NCBI GenBank assembly: GCA_965228875.1
Contig: OZ245843.1
Coordinates: 3,578,616-3,642,615, forward strand
DNA: 64,000 nucleotides
Reading direction: 5' to 3'
Source of the DNA: Thalassobaculaceae bacterium
GTDB taxonomy: Bacteria; Pseudomonadota; Alphaproteobacteria; Thalassobaculales; Thalassobaculaceae
The notes below the pieces were generated by a model. It did no database searches. It was not told the DNA's origin and saw nothing but the letters and a program-made list of their open reading frames with translations. Below are positions 28,700 to 37,586 of the stretch, piece after piece (the first letter of the stretch is position 1; each line of letters begins with the position of its first letter). The position numbers and the translations under genes were made by a program.

Positions 28700-29626
28700 A
28701 TGACGCTCGACACCGTTCCGGCCGATCCGGCCTTCTTCGGCGCCCGAACCGACCTGCCGCTCGAGGATGCCCGCGTGGTCCTGTTCGGCGCGCCCCACGG
28801 CACGCCGTATCCCGGCTTCAGCAACGCGGCGCTGGCCGGCACCGCCGACACCCTGCGCCGGGCGCTGACACACGATGCCGGCTGGACCCACCACTGGGAC
28901 TTCGATCTCGGCCGGCCGTTCGACGAAGAGGGCAGCCTGCGGTTTCTCGACGCCGGTAACCTGAAGACCTCTCCGCTGGACGGCACGGGCAACCGCGACA
29001 AGATCCGCGACGCGACCGCGGCAGTCGTCGGCGCCGGGGCGGTGCCTGTGATGATCGGCGGCGACGACTCCGTCCCCATTCCCTTCATCGAGGCGCTGGC
29101 CCCGCTCGGTCCGCTGACCATCGTTCAGATGGACGCCCATATCGACTGGCGCGACGACCGCCGTGGCGAGCGCTACGGTTTCTCCAGCACCATGCGCCGC
29201 GCCTCGGAGCTGGCGCATGTGGAGCGGATCGTCCAGGTCGGCATCCGCGGCCTCGGCTCCGCCACCCGCGAGGAGGTGCGGATCGCCGAGTCCTGGGGTG
29301 CGAAGATCGTCACCGCCCGCGAGATCCACCGCGCCGGCGTCGAGGCTGCCCTGGCCCATGTTCCCGAGGGGGCGAACTGTCTGGTCACCCTGGACTGCGA
29401 CGCCCTGGATCCGTCGATCATGAAGGCGGTGGTGGCGCCGACTCCCGGCGGACTGACCTACACGCAGGTTATCGACCTTATCGCCGGGGTCGCGGACAAG
29501 GCCGCGCTCCGTGCCTTCGACATGATCGAGTTCATTCCGGAACGGGATCCGGACGGGCTGTCGGCGCTGACGGCGGCGCGGATCCTGGTGAACGCGGTCG
29601 ACGCGATCGCCGGGCGGGCGCGTTGA
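28700..29626 (+). CDS. Arginase/agmatinase (ureohydrolase) family protein
   Basis: GGDDS, DAHIDWRD, DCDALDP, TPGG. Confidence 0.88.
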   Translation: MTLDTVPADPAFFGARTDLPLEDARVVLFGAPHGTPYPGFSNAALAGTADTLRRALTHDAGWTHHWDFDLGRPFDEEGSLRFLDAGNLKTSPLDGTGNRDKIRDATAAVVGAGAVPVMIGGDDSVPIPFIEALAPLGPLTIVQMDAHIDWRDDRRGERYGFSSTMRRASELAHVERIVQVGIRGLGSATREEVRIAESWGAKIVTAREIHRAGVEAALAHVPEGANCLVTLDCDALDPSIMKAVVAPTPGGLTYTQVIDLIAGVADKAALRAFDMIEFIPERDPDGLSALTAARILVNAVDAIAGRAR

Positions 29627-29638
29627 CCATTCTTTAAC
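29623..29638 (+). promoter_or_regulatory. Putative CtrA box
   Basis: TTGA-CCATTCT-TTAAC, one mismatch to TTAA-N7-TTAAC, ~63 bp upstream of the Hpt gene. Confidence 0.45.
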
Positions 29639-29700
29639 GGAGTACGGCCACATTCCGCCGGTTGAACGGCCGGAACGGGACGGCAGGAGGGAGCGGGACC

Positions 29701-30468
29701 ATGGCGCTATTCGACGATATCGTCGCGAATCTGACCCAGGAGTTCCTGGGCGATTCCACCGACCGGCTCGCCCGGATGCAGCTGTCGCTCACCAACCTGG
29801 CCGGGTCCGGAAAGCCCGACCGCGAGCCGATCCTGGCGCTGTCGCGCGAGGTTCACAGCGTGAAGGGCGCCGCCGCCAATTTCGGCTTTCGTGCTCTCGC
29901 CACCGTCGCCCATCGCTTCGAGGATCATCTGGCGGCCACGCTGGACGCCACCCCGCTGCCGGTCGAGGACTATCAGCGCTTCGTCGACGTGCTCTCCGAC
30001 CTGGTCGATCTCGGACGCGATCCGGACGGCCAGCAGGCCGCCAAGATCCAAAGCCGGCTGCCGATCCTGGCGGCGTTCGACCCGACCAGCGTCACCGCCC
30101 GTCCCGGTCGCGCCCTGGTGGTGATCCGGGCGCGGACCATGGGTCACATGCTCTCCCGCGAGCTGGCCAATTGCGGGTTCATGTCGCAGACCGCGCTCGA
30201 TCCGTTCGACGCCATCCGCCTCGCGGCGACGGAGCAGCCCGACGTGGTGCTGACCTCGGCGGTGATGGATGGCATCTCCGGCGTCGAGCTGATCACGGCG
30301 CTCAAGGCGATCAAGTCGACGGCCGGCCTCCCGTGCGCCGTCGTCACGTCCTTCGATCGCGACCATCCGGAGCTCGCCGGGCTGCCGAAGTCGGCCGGCG
30401 TGGTCCGGCTCGGCAAGACCCTGTCGGACGATCTGGGCATGGTGCTCACCGGCGTGGCGCCGCGCTGA
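29701..30468 (+). CDS. Hpt domain + receiver-like domain protein
   Basis: VHSVKGAAANFG Hpt motif; C-terminal REC-like PDVVLTS...GISG. Confidence 0.82.
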   Translation: MALFDDIVANLTQEFLGDSTDRLARMQLSLTNLAGSGKPDREPILALSREVHSVKGAAANFGFRALATVAHRFEDHLAATLDATPLPVEDYQRFVDVLSDLVDLGRDPDGQQAAKIQSRLPILAAFDPTSVTARPGRALVVIRARTMGHMLSRELANCGFMSQTALDPFDAIRLAATEQPDVVLTSAVMDGISGVELITALKAIKSTAGLPCAVVTSFDRDHPELAGLPKSAGVVRLGKTLSDDLGMVLTGVAPR

Positions 30469-30523
30469 GGCGACAGCGCTTGGCGCTTTTCTTCGCCGGC
30501 GAACCGTGCTCAAACCCGCCGCC

Positions 30524-31834
30524 ATGACCTCCGGACCGACTCCCGACGCGAAAATCTCCGCCGCCCGCAGCGTCGCCTTCGACCTGCTGCGGGCCGTCCT
30601 CGCCAAGAAGACGCCGCTAGACGAGGCGCTCGCCGCCCATGACGGGCTGGCGAAGCTCCCGGAGCGCGACCGGGGCTTCGCGCGGACCCTGGTGGCCACC
30701 ACCCTGCGCCGGCTCGGCCAGATCGACCGGCTGATCGACGGTTGCCTGTCCAGCCCGTTGCCGCAGAAGGCGTCGGCCGTCCGCGACATCCTGAGGATCG
30801 CGGCCACAGAACTGCTGGTTCTGAGGGTGGCGCCGCATGCCGCCGTGGACAGCGCGGTCACCCTGGTGCGCTCCCGTGACCACGAGAAATTCGCCAGTCT
30901 CACCAACGCCGTGCTCCGCCGGCTCGACCGCGAGGCGCGCGACACCATCGCGGCGATGCCGGCGCTCGACGCCCTGCCGGACTGGCTGGCGTCGAGTTGG
31001 CGCGGCACCTATGGCGATGAGGTCGCGGAGGCGATGGCCGCCGCTGTCCAGCGGGAGCCGATCCTCGACATCACGGTCAAGCGTGACGCCGCGCTCTGGG
31101 CCGACCGGCTGCAGGCGCAGAGGCTGCCGACCGGGACGCTGCGCCGACCGATCGAGGGCCGGATCGAGGCGCTGCCCGGCTTCGACGACGGCGCCTGGTG
31201 GGTCCAGGACACGGCGGCGGCGCTGCCGGCGCGACTGCTCGGCGATGTCGATGGCCGGTCCGTGATCGATCTGTGCGCCGCGCCCGGCGGCAAGACCGCC
31301 CAGCTCGCCGGGGCCGGCGCTTCGGTGATGGCCGTCGATCGGGCGCCCAGGCGGGTCGCGCGGATGGAGCGCAACCTGGCGCGTCTGCGGCTGGCCGCCG
31401 CCTGCATCACCGCCGACGCGACGCGCTGGCGTCCGTCGATCGCCGCCGATGCGGTCCTGCTCGACGCACCCTGTTCGGCGACCGGCACCGTGCGGCGACA
31501 CCCGGACATTCCCTGGCTCAAGGGCGCCGGCGACATCGTCAAGCTGGCGGCGCTTCAGGACCGGCTGCTGGACGCGGCGGTCGCCATGGTGAAGCCGGGC
31601 GGGACCGTGGTGTTCTGCACCTGTTCCCTGGAGATGGCGGAGGGGCCGGCGCGGATCGCCGCCCTGCTCGCCCGGAACGCCGACGTCGCGCGCGTGCCGA
31701 TCCGACCGGAAGAGGTCGGCGGCCTGGCCGACCTGATCAGCCCGGCCGGCGACCTGCGGACCCGGCCGGACCAGCTCGCCGAACTCGGCGGCCTGGACGG
31801 CTTCTACGCCTGCCGTCTGGTCCGCCACCGCTGA
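30524..31834 (+). CDS. RsmB/NOP-family RNA m5C methyltransferase with NusB-like domain
   Basis: WWVQD, DLCAAPGGKT, DAPCSATG..RRHPD, FCTCSL, DGFY. Confidence 0.9.
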   Translation: MTSGPTPDAKISAARSVAFDLLRAVLAKKTPLDEALAAHDGLAKLPERDRGFARTLVATTLRRLGQIDRLIDGCLSSPLPQKASAVRDILRIAATELLVLRVAPHAAVDSAVTLVRSRDHEKFASLTNAVLRRLDREARDTIAAMPALDALPDWLASSWRGTYGDEVAEAMAAAVQREPILDITVKRDAALWADRLQAQRLPTGTLRRPIEGRIEALPGFDDGAWWVQDTAAALPARLLGDVDGRSVIDLCAAPGGKTAQLAGAGASVMAVDRAPRRVARMERNLARLRLAAACITADATRWRPSIAADAVLLDAPCSATGTVRRHPDIPWLKGAGDIVKLAALQDRLLDAAVAMVKPGGTVVFCTCSLEMAEGPARIAALLARNADVARVPIRPEEVGGLADLISPAGDLRTRPDQLAELGGLDGFYACRLVRHR

Positions 31835-31886
31835 TCCGGCACCGCTGGTCTGGCACCGCTGATCTGGCACCGCTGATCTGGCACCG
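31817..31886. repeat. Five tandem 14-bp repeats (ctgatctggcaccg) spanning the methyltransferase stop codon
   Basis: Units at 31817 (degenerate), 31831, 31845, 31859, 31873. Confidence 0.88.
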
Positions 31887-32066
31887 ATGACCGGCGGCCA
31901 GGCACCGCGACCCTCGGCCCGGACACCACCGGCCTTGGTACTTTCGTCCAACCTCCCCTACCATAGCTCGTCGGGCCGTTTGCACGGGCCGGATCGCGGA
32001 CGGCGGCGCGGCAGCCGTTCCGCGCACAACGCCAACGACCGCGACAATAATCGGGAGGAATTCGAG

Positions 32067-33011
32067 ATGAGGAGCCTCACACTCGCTATCGTGCTCTGCA
32101 TGGGCGTCGCCGCGCCGGCGGTCGCCCAGGACTGGACCAAGTCGCCCTGGGGTCCGGACGACGAGATCGGCGCCGCCAACCGGATCACCGAAGCCAGCGT
32201 GAAGGCCGCGGCAGGACTGGTGACGACGGGCAAGACCTACAATCTCGGCATCGTCGTCGACAAGGAGACCCCGGCCTTCTCGCCCCGTTCCATGAGCGTG
32301 ACGATCCTGCAGCCGAACCAGATCCAGACGTCGGGCCTGGGCAACAACAAGATGACGTACAACGACGACATCTTCATGGGCTGGCTCGGAATCGGCCCGC
32401 AGATCGACGGGCTCGGCCATATCGGCATCGACCATGTCTACTACAACGGTCTGAAGGGCACGGAGTTCGCCAAGGCCGACGGCCTGCAGAAGCTCGGCGT
32501 CGAGAAGCTGCCGCCGATCGTCGCCCGCGGCGTGCTCCTCGACATGGCTGCGCATTTCGGCCAGGAGATCGTCAAGGAGGGCACGCCCTACACCAAGGAG
32601 GACATCGTCGCCGTCGCCGAAAAGCAGGGCGTCGAGATCCGCGAAGGCGACGTCGTGCTGTTCCATTCCGGCTGGCTCAACCTGCTGGACGGACCGAACC
32701 CCGACCATGCCCGCTACGTCTCCGTCGAGCCCGGCCTCGGCATCTCCGGCGCGGAGTATCTCGCCGAGATCGGCGTCGTCGCGGTCGGTGCCGATACCTG
32801 GGGTCTCGAGGCCCTGCCGTTCGAGAAGGGCGCCGACGGCGTGTTCCTGGTGCACCAGATCCTGATCCCGCAGAACGGGATCTACATCCTGGAGAACATG
32901 GACACCCGCGAACTCGCCAAGGACAAGGCCTACGAGTTCATGTTCGTGCTCGGGGTCACCCGCATGCGCGGCGCGGTGCAGATGATGATCAATCCGACGG
33001 CCATCCGCTGA
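32067..33011 (+). CDS. Secreted cyclase-family (kynurenine formamidase-like) protein
   Basis: Signal peptide; WGPDDEIGAAN, QIDGLGH, RGVLLD, VHQ...GIYILEN; GGAGG RBS. Confidence 0.88.
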   Translation: MRSLTLAIVLCMGVAAPAVAQDWTKSPWGPDDEIGAANRITEASVKAAAGLVTTGKTYNLGIVVDKETPAFSPRSMSVTILQPNQIQTSGLGNNKMTYNDDIFMGWLGIGPQIDGLGHIGIDHVYYNGLKGTEFAKADGLQKLGVEKLPPIVARGVLLDMAAHFGQEIVKEGTPYTKEDIVAVAEKQGVEIREGDVVLFHSGWLNLLDGPNPDHARYVSVEPGLGISGAEYLAEIGVVAVGADTWGLEALPFEKGADGVFLVHQILIPQNGIYILENMDTRELAKDKAYEFMFVLGVTRMRGAVQMMINPTAIR

Positions 33012-33027
33012 CGGTCGCCACGACGCA

Positions 33028-33056
33028 GCCCCGGTACCCATCGCCGGTACCGGGGC
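33028..33056. terminator. Stem-loop downstream of the cyclase gene
   Basis: gccccggtacc-N7-ggtaccggggc; weak U-tract. Confidence 0.45.
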
Positions 33057-33170
33057 ATGTGAATGTTTGCCAGGAAGGCGGGGCCAGGAAAGCGGGGCCG
33101 GTGGCATGGGTTCGTCGGCACCGGCTCAGTGGCGCTTGAAGCCGTCGGCGCAACCTGCTACCGACCCGCC

Positions 33171-33836
33171 ATGGCCAAGACACCCCTGATCGCTCCCTCG
33201 ATTCTCGCCGCCGACTTCGCCAAGCTGGGCGAGGAGATCCGGGCGGTCGATGCCGCCGGCGCCGACTGGATCCATGTCGACGTGATGGACGGGCATTTCG
33301 TGCCGAACATCTCGCTCGGGCCGGCGATCGTGAAGGCGATCCGCCCCCACACCGCGAAGACCTTCGACGTCCATCTGATGATCGCTCCGGTGGACGCCTT
33401 CGTGTCGGCGTTCGTCGAGGCCGGGGCCGACATCGTGACCGTCCACCCCGAGGCCGGGCCTCACATCCACCGCACGCTGCAGCTCATCCGATCGCTGGGC
33501 GCCAAGGCCGGGGTGGCGCTGAACCCGGGAACGCCGGTGGAAGCGCTGGACAACCTGATGGACATGGTCGACCTGATCCTGGTGATGACCGTGAACCCCG
33601 GTTTCGGCGGCCAGGCCTTCATTCCCTCCCAGCTTGACAAGATCGCCGCCGCCCGCGCCCGGATCGAGGCCAGCGGGCGTGACATCCGCCTGGAGGTCGA
33701 CGGCGGCGTGACCGCCGAGACGTCCGGCCGCATCGTCGCGGCGGGGGCCGACGTTCTCGTGGCCGGGACCGCCACCTTCAAGGGCGGCCCCGCGGCCTAC
33801 GCCGACAATATCGCCGCGATCAGGGCTGCCAACTGA
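33171..33836 (+). CDS. rpe: Ribulose-phosphate 3-epimerase
   Basis: IAPSILAADF, HVDVMDGHFVPN, DVHLM, VNPGFGGQ, EVDGG. Confidence 0.97.
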   Translation: MAKTPLIAPSILAADFAKLGEEIRAVDAAGADWIHVDVMDGHFVPNISLGPAIVKAIRPHTAKTFDVHLMIAPVDAFVSAFVEAGADIVTVHPEAGPHIHRTLQLIRSLGAKAGVALNPGTPVEALDNLMDMVDLILVMTVNPGFGGQAFIPSQLDKIAAARARIEASGRDIRLEVDGGVTAETSGRIVAAGADVLVAGTATFKGGPAAYADNIAAIRAAN

Positions 33837-33846
33837 CAGGAGAGCG

Positions 33847-35505
33847 GTGGTGACTCGGCGGCGGGAGCGACGCGGACTGTCGGATCGCCTGCGCGACGCC
33901 TATTTCGCCTCGCCTTTGCATGCCTGGCGGCTGTCGGGACCCGTGCCGGACGACCTGGCGGTGGCGGTGGCCGACGCCTGGACTGGAGACCCCGACCTCG
34001 GCCGCGAGCTTCTGGAGGGCACCCTCACCGTCGCCGGGACGGCCATCCCGGTCGGCGCCGACCCCTGGCGCCAGGGCGGATATTCCGACGCGGCACTGGA
34101 CGCCCTGCACCGCTTCGACTGGCTGCGCGACCTGCGCGACCTCGGCGGCGATGCCGCCCGCCGGCGCGCCCGCGACCTGGTCGGCGCCTGGATCGCCCGG
34201 CACGACACCTGGGACCGCACGGCCTGGCGCGCCGACCTGATGGCCGCCCGGATCGCCGCCTGGGTCACCACCTTCGGGTTCTTCGCCGACTCAGCCGAAG
34301 ACGACTATCGCCGCGCGGTGCTGGAGAGTCTGGCCCGCCAGCACCGCCACCTGCAGCGCGCGGTGGAGAGCGGGCCCGACGGCGTGACCCGGCTGGAAAC
34401 CCTGCGCGGCGCCCTGATCGCGGCGGTCGCGCTGGGTGCCGACGGCGACGACATACAGGCCCTGGTCGATAGGCTGGACACCGCCATCCGCGCCCAGGTG
34501 CTGAGCGATGGCGGGCACCGCTCGCGCTCGCCGGCGAAGCAGGCCGCCGCCCTCGCCGCTCTGGTCGACGCCCGCGCCGCCCTGCGCGCCGCCGGCCGGG
34601 AATCGACCGCGGCGCTCGACGACATCATCCAGCGGATGACCGGCGTGCTGCGCATGCTGCGCCACGGCGATGGCGGTCTCGCCCTGTTCAACGGCGCCAC
34701 CGAAGGCCAGGTCTGGCGCCTCGATACCCTGATCGCGCGGACCGAGACCAAGACCCGGGCGGTCACCTCGGCGGCGGAGGTCGGGTTCGAGCGGCTCGTC
34801 GCCGGGCGCGCCGTCGCCCTGCTGGATGCCGGGACGCCATCCGCCTGGGAGCAGACGGCCCATGCCGGCACCCTCAGCCTGGAGTTCTCGATCGGCAAGG
34901 AGCGTCTGATCGTGAACTGCGGCGCCGCCCCGGCCGATCCGCGCTGGCAGGGGGTGCTGCGCGCGTCCGCCGCCCATTCCGGCCTGGTCATCGACGACAC
35001 CAACGCGACGGAACTGCGCCCCGACGGCAGCCTCGGACGACGCCCCGACTCGATCCGTCTCGAGCGGTGGGAGGCCGACGGATCGGTCTGGGTCGAAGCT
35101 GAGCACGACGGCTACCGCGACAGCCACTCCATCCTGCACCGCCGCCGACTGTTCCTGGCGGCCGGCGGCGACGACCTGCGCGGCGAGGACGTGGTGAGCT
35201 ACACCGGCGGCCCCGGCGCCCGTCCCGGCGAGGCGGCGATCCGCTTCCACCTGCATCCCCGCGTCTCCGCCTCGCTGGTCCAGAACGGCGGCTCGGCGCT
35301 GCTGCGCATGCCGTCCGGCGCCGGCTGGCGGCTGCGTGCGACCGGCGGCCAGCTGGCCATGAACGAGAGCGTGTACTTCGGTGAGGGCGGACGCATGCAG
35401 CGCACCCGCCAGATCGTCATCGCCGTGCCGCTCGGCGAGGTACGCGACCTGGGCTCGATCTCGGTCAAATGGGCCCTGCGACGCGAGGACCGTCGTCCCG
35501 GCTGA
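33847..35505 (+). CDS. Heparinase II/III-like family protein
   Basis: LHRFDWLRDL, DGGHRSRSP, HGDGGLALFNG, HAGTLSLEFS, HDGY, RFHLHP. Confidence 0.88.
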   Translation: MVTRRRERRGLSDRLRDAYFASPLHAWRLSGPVPDDLAVAVADAWTGDPDLGRELLEGTLTVAGTAIPVGADPWRQGGYSDAALDALHRFDWLRDLRDLGGDAARRRARDLVGAWIARHDTWDRTAWRADLMAARIAAWVTTFGFFADSAEDDYRRAVLESLARQHRHLQRAVESGPDGVTRLETLRGALIAAVALGADGDDIQALVDRLDTAIRAQVLSDGGHRSRSPAKQAAALAALVDARAALRAAGRESTAALDDIIQRMTGVLRMLRHGDGGLALFNGATEGQVWRLDTLIARTETKTRAVTSAAEVGFERLVAGRAVALLDAGTPSAWEQTAHAGTLSLEFSIGKERLIVNCGAAPADPRWQGVLRASAAHSGLVIDDTNATELRPDGSLGRRPDSIRLERWEADGSVWVEAEHDGYRDSHSILHRRRLFLAAGGDDLRGEDVVSYTGGPGARPGEAAIRFHLHPRVSASLVQNGGSALLRMPSGAGWRLRATGGQLAMNESVYFGEGGRMQRTRQIVIAVPLGEVRDLGSISVKWALRREDRRPG

Positions 35506-35570
35506 CCACCGGGTGAACTTCCCGGACAGCGCCCTATCTCCGGCCCGTCCGGCTGTGTATAAGCCACGCG

Positions 35571-36581
35571 ATGCTGTCGATTCTGCTCACCGCCGCCGTC
35601 GCCTTCGCGCTGTCCTGCCTCGCGACCCGGGCGCTGCTCGGCCTGCTGCGGCGCGCCGCGGTGCTCGACCATCCCAACGACCGCTCCAGCCACGAGGTTC
35701 CGACCCCGCGGGGCGGCGGGATCGCCGTGATCGTGACGGTCGCCGTGTGCGCCCTCGGCTGGACCGTCGTTGAAGGGCGGGAGTCCGACAGTCTGGGCAT
35801 CGCCCTAGGGCTGACCATGGCTCTCAGCGCCCTCTCCTTCGCCGACGACCTTCGCAACCTATCCGCGACGATCCGGCTGACCGGCCATGCGGTGGCGGTG
35901 GCGGGCGGCCTCTGGGCGCTGGGTGGCACCGGCGCCTTCGCGGCCTACCTGCCGCAGCCGGTTGATCTCGCCCTCACCGCCCTCGCCTGGCTCTGGTTCG
36001 TCAACCTCTACAACTTCATGGACGGGATCGACGGCATCGCCGGATCGCAGACCGTGGCCGTCGCCGTCGGGATCGTCGGCCTGGTCGTGCTCGGCCTGGC
36101 GCCGGGGGACCTGATCGGCCCCGGCGCGGCCCTCGCCGGGGCGGCGCTGGGCTTCCTGATATGGAACTGGCACCCGGCGCGGATCTTCCTCGGCGACGCC
36201 GGCAGCGTGCCGCTCGGATTCCTGATCGGCTACCTGCTGATCGACACGGCCGCCCAGGGGGGCGCCAGCCTGGCCGCCGCCCTGATCCTGCCGCTTGTCT
36301 TCGTGGTCGACGCCTCCCTCACCCTTCTCCGCCGCCTCGCCCGCGGCAAGCGGCCGACCGAGGCGCACCGCGAGCACGCCTACCAGCGCGCGACCCAGGG
36401 CGGATGGAGCCACGCCCGGGTCTGCTGCGCCGTCCTGGCCACCAATGCGGCGCTCGCCGCGCTGGCCTGGTTTCTGGCGCCGGCGCAGCCCTGGGCCGCC
36501 CTCGCCCTGGGCCTGATCGTGACCGGTCTGTGCTACCGCCTGCTGCTTCGGGTCGGCGCCCACGCCGGGTCACCGGCATGA
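35571..36581 (+). CDS. MraY/WecA-like polyprenyl-phosphate sugar-phosphate transferase
   Basis: DHPNDRSSH..PTPRGGG, NFMDGIDG, FLGDAGS, HREHAYQR; polytopic membrane protein. Confidence 0.9.
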   Translation: MLSILLTAAVAFALSCLATRALLGLLRRAAVLDHPNDRSSHEVPTPRGGGIAVIVTVAVCALGWTVVEGRESDSLGIALGLTMALSALSFADDLRNLSATIRLTGHAVAVAGGLWALGGTGAFAAYLPQPVDLALTALAWLWFVNLYNFMDGIDGIAGSQTVAVAVGIVGLVVLGLAPGDLIGPGAALAGAALGFLIWNWHPARIFLGDAGSVPLGFLIGYLLIDTAAQGGASLAAALILPLVFVVDASLTLLRRLARGKRPTEAHREHAYQRATQGGWSHARVCCAVLATNAALAALAWFLAPAQPWAALALGLIVTGLCYRLLLRVGAHAGSPA

Positions 36582-37546
36582 GGACCCTCGTCACCGGAGC
36601 GAGCGGCTATGTCGGCCGGGCCGTGCTCCGCGAGCTGGAGATGCGCGGTCACCGGGTGACGCCCGCCGTGCGCGACCCCCGGCGCCTGCCGCCGCACTGG
36701 CGCGACCGGGCGGCGACGGTTGCCGATATCGGCCCAGAGACCGACTGGTCCGCCGCCTTGACCGGGGTCGAGGCCGTCATCCATCTCGCCACGCCGACCG
36801 TGCCGGGCCGGGATCCGGAGGGCGAGCTTCGGCGGGTCGTCGTCGACGGCACCCGCCGGCTGGCCGGGGCCGCGGCCCGCGCCGGCATCCGCCGCATCGT
36901 CTTCGTGAGTTCGGTCAAGGCGGTGGGCGAGCGCACGCCGGTCGGCGGCGTCGACGAGACCGTGACCGCGACGCCCGCCGACGCCTATGGCCGGGCCAAG
37001 CTCGCCGCGGAGCAGGCGGTGGCCGCGTGCGGACGGGAGACCGGGATCGAGGCGGTGGTTCTGCGGCCGACGCCGGTCTACGGGCCGGGCAGCGGCGGCA
37101 ACCTGCGCCGCATCATCGCCTTCCTGCGCAACGCACCGCCGGTCCTGCCGCTCGGGATCCACGGCAACCGACGCTCGTTTCTGCACCGAAACAGCCTCGC
37201 TGCGGCGATTTCCGCAAGCCTGGAGCATCCCGATGCGTCGGGCCGGACGTTCTTCGTGGCCGACGGCGAGCCGCTGTCGACGGCCGAGCTGACCCGGCGG
37301 ATTCTCGAGGCCCTGGGTCGACGGGCGATCCTGGTTCCGGTCCCCGCCGCGCTGGTCGCCCTGCTCGGTGCCTCGGGCCGGCGGCTCGCGGAATCCTGCG
37401 CCTTTGACACCTCGGCCCTGCGCGCGACTCTCGGCTGGACGCCGGTGACCGATCCGCGGACGGGCCTCGCGGAAGCAGTCCGCTCGCCGACCGACCCTCT
37501 GGCCGCCGATCCGGCGGCGGTGGGCGCCGGGGACCCGCGGCCGTGA
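36578..37546 (+). CDS. NAD-dependent epimerase/dehydratase
   Basis: TGASGYVG, SSVKAVG, YGRAK, VYGPG; ATGA overlap with the upstream gene. Confidence 0.9.
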   Translation: MRTLVTGASGYVGRAVLRELEMRGHRVTPAVRDPRRLPPHWRDRAATVADIGPETDWSAALTGVEAVIHLATPTVPGRDPEGELRRVVVDGTRRLAGAAARAGIRRIVFVSSVKAVGERTPVGGVDETVTATPADAYGRAKLAAEQAVAACGRETGIEAVVLRPTPVYGPGSGGNLRRIIAFLRNAPPVLPLGIHGNRRSFLHRNSLAAAISASLEHPDASGRTFFVADGEPLSTAELTRRILEALGRRAILVPVPAALVALLGASGRRLAESCAFDTSALRATLGWTPVTDPRTGLAEAVRSPTDPLAADPAAVGAGDPRP

Positions 37547-37586
37547 TAGACTCCCCCCATTCCGCCACCCCAACCAGCGATCCCGC

